From the NCBI GenBank assembly GCA_038087875.1, contig CM075990.1, positions 4,094,001 through 4,158,000 on the forward strand: 64,000 nucleotides of DNA. Reading direction: 5' to 3'. The position numbers and the translations under genes were made by a program. Under the pieces are notes generated by a model. The model did not search any database. It saw only the letters and a list, made by a program, of their open reading frames with translations, and was not told the origin of the DNA. Shown in pieces: positions 59,955 to 64,000 of the stretch (its first letter is position 1; each line of letters starts with the position of its first letter). This DNA comes from Malacoraja senta (lineage: Eukaryota).

Positions 59955-60490
59955 ACTGATTGGTCACCCGGTTATAGGAAAGATACTGTTAAGCTGGAAA
60001 GGGTGCAGAGAAGATATACGAGGATGTTGCCAGGACTCGAGGGCCTGAGCTGCAGGGAGAGGTTGAGCAGACTAGGATTTCGTTCCTTCGAGCACAGGGA
60101 GGTGAAGTGTGATCTTATAGAGGTGTACAAGGTCATGAGAGGAATAGATAGGGTAAATGCAGTCTTTTACCCAGAATAGGAGAATCCAGAATCAGAGGAC
60201 ATAGATTTAAGGTTGGGGGGGGGGGGGAGAAGATTCAGTAGGTACCTGAGGGGTCAACTTTCTTTATACCCAAAGGGTGATAGATATATGGAACGTGCTG
60301 CCAGAGGAGGTAGTTAAGGCAGGTGCCATCACGACATTTAAAACATATTTGGACAGGTACATGGATAGGAAAGACTTCGAGGGATTTGGTCTGAACTCAG
60401 GCAGGTGGGACTATTGTAAATGAGGCACATTGGTTGGCGTGGACAAGTTGGGCTGAGGAGCCTTTTTCCACACCGTATGACTATGATATC
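59955..60490 (+). mobile_element. Degenerate CR1 3' fragment (similar smaller ones near 23260, 44965, 46071, 47778, 58890, 60870, 62390)
   Basis: WSPGYRKDTVKLERVQRR...DLIEVYKVMRG. Confidence 0.85.
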
Positions 60491-61661
60491 TAATCTTTGG
60501 TTAGTCAGAGAGATGTGGGGAAATCCCACCTAATCTGCATTGTCCATGAGAGAATAGACATTACATTTCCCCCACTTCCATATCACAGGGAATGATCAGA
60601 AATTATTGCGAGGCCAGTGTCAGAATTGCTGTCACCCTGGCAGTCTTTGTTCACACCATATCTCGTAACACTGAACACTATTTGGGGAGCATGATAGCCT
60701 GCATCTACTACTCTTTGAGACACAAAGTGCTGGAATAACTCAGTGATCCCTGGAGATCTTGGATGGGTGACGTTCTGGGTCAGGACCCTTCTTCAGACTG
60801 CAGGAGACGAGTCCTGATCCAAAACATTACCTATCCATGTTCTTCAAAGATGCTCCCTGACCCAGAGCCGTAAGGTCATAAGTGATAGGAGCAGAATTAA
60901 GCCATTCCACCCATGAAGTCTACTCCACCATTCAATCATGGCTGATCTATATCTAAATATCTCTGCCTTAAAATAATCCACTGAATTGGCCTCCAGAGCC
61001 TTCTGTAGCAAAGAATTCCACAGATTCATCACCCTCTGACTAAAGAAATTCCTCCTCATCTCCTTCCTAAAGGAACACCCTTCAGTTCTGAGGCTCTGAC
61101 CTCTAGTCCTAGATTCTGCCACCAGTGGAAATGTCCTCTCCACATTCACTCTATCAAAGCCATTTCACTCTACGGTACATTTCAATGAGGTCCCCCCTCA
61201 TCCTTCTAAACTCCAGCGAATACAGAACCTGTGCCGTCAAACGCTCATCATATGTGAAACAATTCATTCTTGGGATCAGGAATTGTCTCCTTTTGTGTAG
61301 ACCAGCATCTGCAGTCCCTTGTTTCTGCATCATCTACTCTTCCATTGATAGCAGGACCCAGAGCTGTGCCCGCCGACACTGGGAGCCGCACGGGAAAGTG
61401 GCAGCCTTCAGGTTCCAATTCACACACCACCATGCCTGGATGTTTTTTTCAGCACCATTGCATCAAAATCTTTAAAGCACATTCCTCCACCAAGCAGAGC
61501 GGAGGGTAGGTCTTCAACAGACGCCCAAACCCCAAGTGACTGCGGGCTCGTCACAGAAGTGGGATCTGCAAGCACACAGTACAATCGCCCCACTCTTTTA
61601 AATCTCTACTATCTGTACGCTGTGGATGTCCCCATTGCAATGAATTATTGTCTTCTCGCTG

Positions 61662-61855
61662 TGTAAGAAAGAACTGCAGATGCTGGTTAAAACCGAAGGT
61701 AGACACAAAATGCTGGAGTAACTCAGCAGGTGAGGCAGCATCTCAGGAGAGAAGGAATGGGCGACGTTTCGGGTCTCAACCCGAAACTTCGCCCATTCCT
61801 TCTCTCCTGAGATGCTGCCTCACCCGCTGAGTTACTCCAGCATTTTGTGTCTACC
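61662..61855 (-). mobile_element. Penelope-derived fold-back element (reverse orientation)
   Basis: TSD ATTGTCTTC(T/C)CGCTG at 61647-61661 and 61856-61870. Confidence 0.88.
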
Positions 61856-64000
61856 ATTGTCTTCCCGCTGACTGGTTAGCATGCAACAAAAGCTTTTCAC
61901 TGTACTTCGGCACATGTGACAATAAACTAAACTCGAATTCACAGTGAACTCAATTCAACAGCTGGCGGTGGGCAATAAAAATGCATGCCTCGCCAGAAAT
62001 ACTTGAAGATGTTTGTAAAATAGCTGAGATATTTTCCACCAGTGCAACTTCATTCATCACGATACTGGAAACCCAAAACCAGACCTGGAGTTGGCATTTA
62101 GCGACATGCACGGGGACCCTGACGCTAACCTGAACTCTCCATCAAGCCATTAATGAGAGCAACAGCTGGAGGAGAATCGTGAGATGGCACCACCTCAGCT
62201 TCCTGAAGCCCATCCCGCCGGGCAGCTGCTCCTACTGGTTTTAAGGAAATCAATCTTAAGCCTCAAACTAAAAACACTCGCAGGAAATACGAACTGACAG
62301 CAGACAAACTAAGCCTCAACAACGTCTGCACATCTCATTATTCTTCTGTTTACCCAAGTGTTCAGACACCATGTGTCGTCGAACAATAAAAGTGCATAAG
62401 ATCATGCGGGAGGTAGATATGGTGAATGCACAGAGCTTTTTTTACCCAGAGTACAGAAATCAAGAACCAGAGAATATAGGATTAAGGTGAGGGAGGAACC
62501 CGAGGGGTAATATTTCCCACACAAGGGTGGTGGATCTGTGGCTGCCAGAGGAGGTTGCTGAGATAGGAACTATAACAATATTTTAAAAATATTTGGACAG
62601 GTACATGGATTGGATAGGTTTAGAGGGATATGGGCCAAAACATGGGCAGGTGGGACTAGCATAGATGGGTTTCTTGTTCGTCGTGGATAAGTTGGGCCGA
62701 AAGGCCTGGTTTTGTGCTGTACGGCTCCCAAATCATTTAATTTTTGTATTAGCAAAGACGGATGGTGACGGCATGGAGAGTAGTCTCTGATACTTAATCA
62801 TGCCTAAATCTGACAGGCACACAAATTTGCTCGTATACAAACGGTAGACAAGGATGCAACCATTTGAAATAACATTTCAAACTCAGCCCAACGGCCCAGA
62901 AAAATAAGATGCTGGTGGTCACCACCTTCATCTACCTCCTGATACACATAGTGGAGATACATGTTCATTCGGAATTAAATTTTGGGATGTGGCTCAATAG
63001 TGATGAACGAACCATAATATAGTTCCAAGCCACATCAGTATCCAGTTTGAAGGGGTTTCTGCAATCTCATCTTTCTTGCAGAAACAAGAAACTGCAGATG
63101 CTGGCTTTCAAAACAAGGAGAAAATGCTGGAGCAACTCAGCGGGGGGGTCAGGCAGCATCTCTGGAGAATGTGGACAAGTAAAGTTTCAGGTCGGGACCT
63201 TTCTTGTCATAGGCCTGACCCACTGAGTTATTCCAGCACTTTGTGTACTTATTTGATTTGTCTTGTTATGATCATTTTTATTCACTGGGATTATTTTCAC
63301 ATTTATTTCCTGTCCTAACATGCCCCCAAGCTATTTCAGAGGGCAGCTGACTCAGCTACATGTCAGAGAGCCTGGGGTGGCATCTAATCTAAACCTAGTG
63401 AGAGATGGCTGCTTTTCTTCCTTGAATGAGACAATCAAGAAGTTTCACTGATACTGTAACTGGCATTCTAGCATTTTGCTCTACCCTTTGATTAGTTTCA
63501 ATTGAAACTTAGCTGCCAAGGTGTGGTGCTGCCTGTATGGAGTTTGCACGTCCTCCTCATGACCGCGTGGGGTCCCTCTGGGTGCTCCGGTTTCTTCCTA
63601 CATCCTATTGACGTGTGGGCTTGTAGGTTAATTAGCCTCTATAAACTTTTGGAAGTGGACATATCTAACGTGCACCAAGTGGACTGCAGCTTCAACTCAA
63701 CATTGATGCAGGTGATTTGCAATGGACCAACGCTGGCAGGTGTCCTTGGAACCTTCTCAGGGCTACTCAAGATCCTTGTTTAATTAGTCAAATAAAATAT
63801 AGGAAGTAGCAACATCCACTGTATATTGACTTTCACAACTCACATAAGCCTCACATCTTTCAACCAAAGGGTTATAGAGAATCTTTCAGTTTAGGCTGTC
63901 CGTAGAGTTTTATTGCTGTTCAACACCTGCTGCATGATGACGGGCAAGCTGTGATCTCAACCAACAGCCCACTGCAAATACACCCCCTGGGTGTGGACAA

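Noticed and set aside
59761..64000. Further upstream WASHC2 exons
   Set aside because: No open, splice-bounded segment with FAM21-like content found; they probably lie beyond the window.

Overview
Repeat-dense vertebrate DNA, very probably from a cartilaginous fish (skate/ray/shark), inferred from HE1-like V-SINEs and HER1-like CR1 LINEs. Two host genes lie in tandem on the minus strand. The first is the 3' part of WASHC2/FAM21: 16 coding exons reconstructed by hand from 59760 down to the stop at 26144, about 850 aa, with LFa repeats, a CPI motif and the C-terminal IFDDPLNAF. The second is the 5' end of ZFAND4: a CpG-island promoter, non-coding exon 1, and the first coding exon 256..73 with the ubiquitin-like N-terminus. 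The ZFAND4 promoter block appears twice (2174-6976 and 7177-12119) either side of a 200-N gap, most likely an uncollapsed haplotype overlap. The rest is transposable elements: an apparently intact Passport-like Tc1 (DD34E), CR1, L2, L1, Rex1 and Penelope fragments, Harbinger-like MITEs and many SINEs. The most interesting signal is a family of ~180-220 bp fold-back elements derived from the Penelope 3' end. They carry minimal hammerhead-ribozyme motifs, have 13-15 bp target-site duplications and show copy-specific arm homogenisation; one sits in the predicted WASHC2 3'UTR. Family names rest on recalled similarity, not database searches, and repeat boundaries are approximate.
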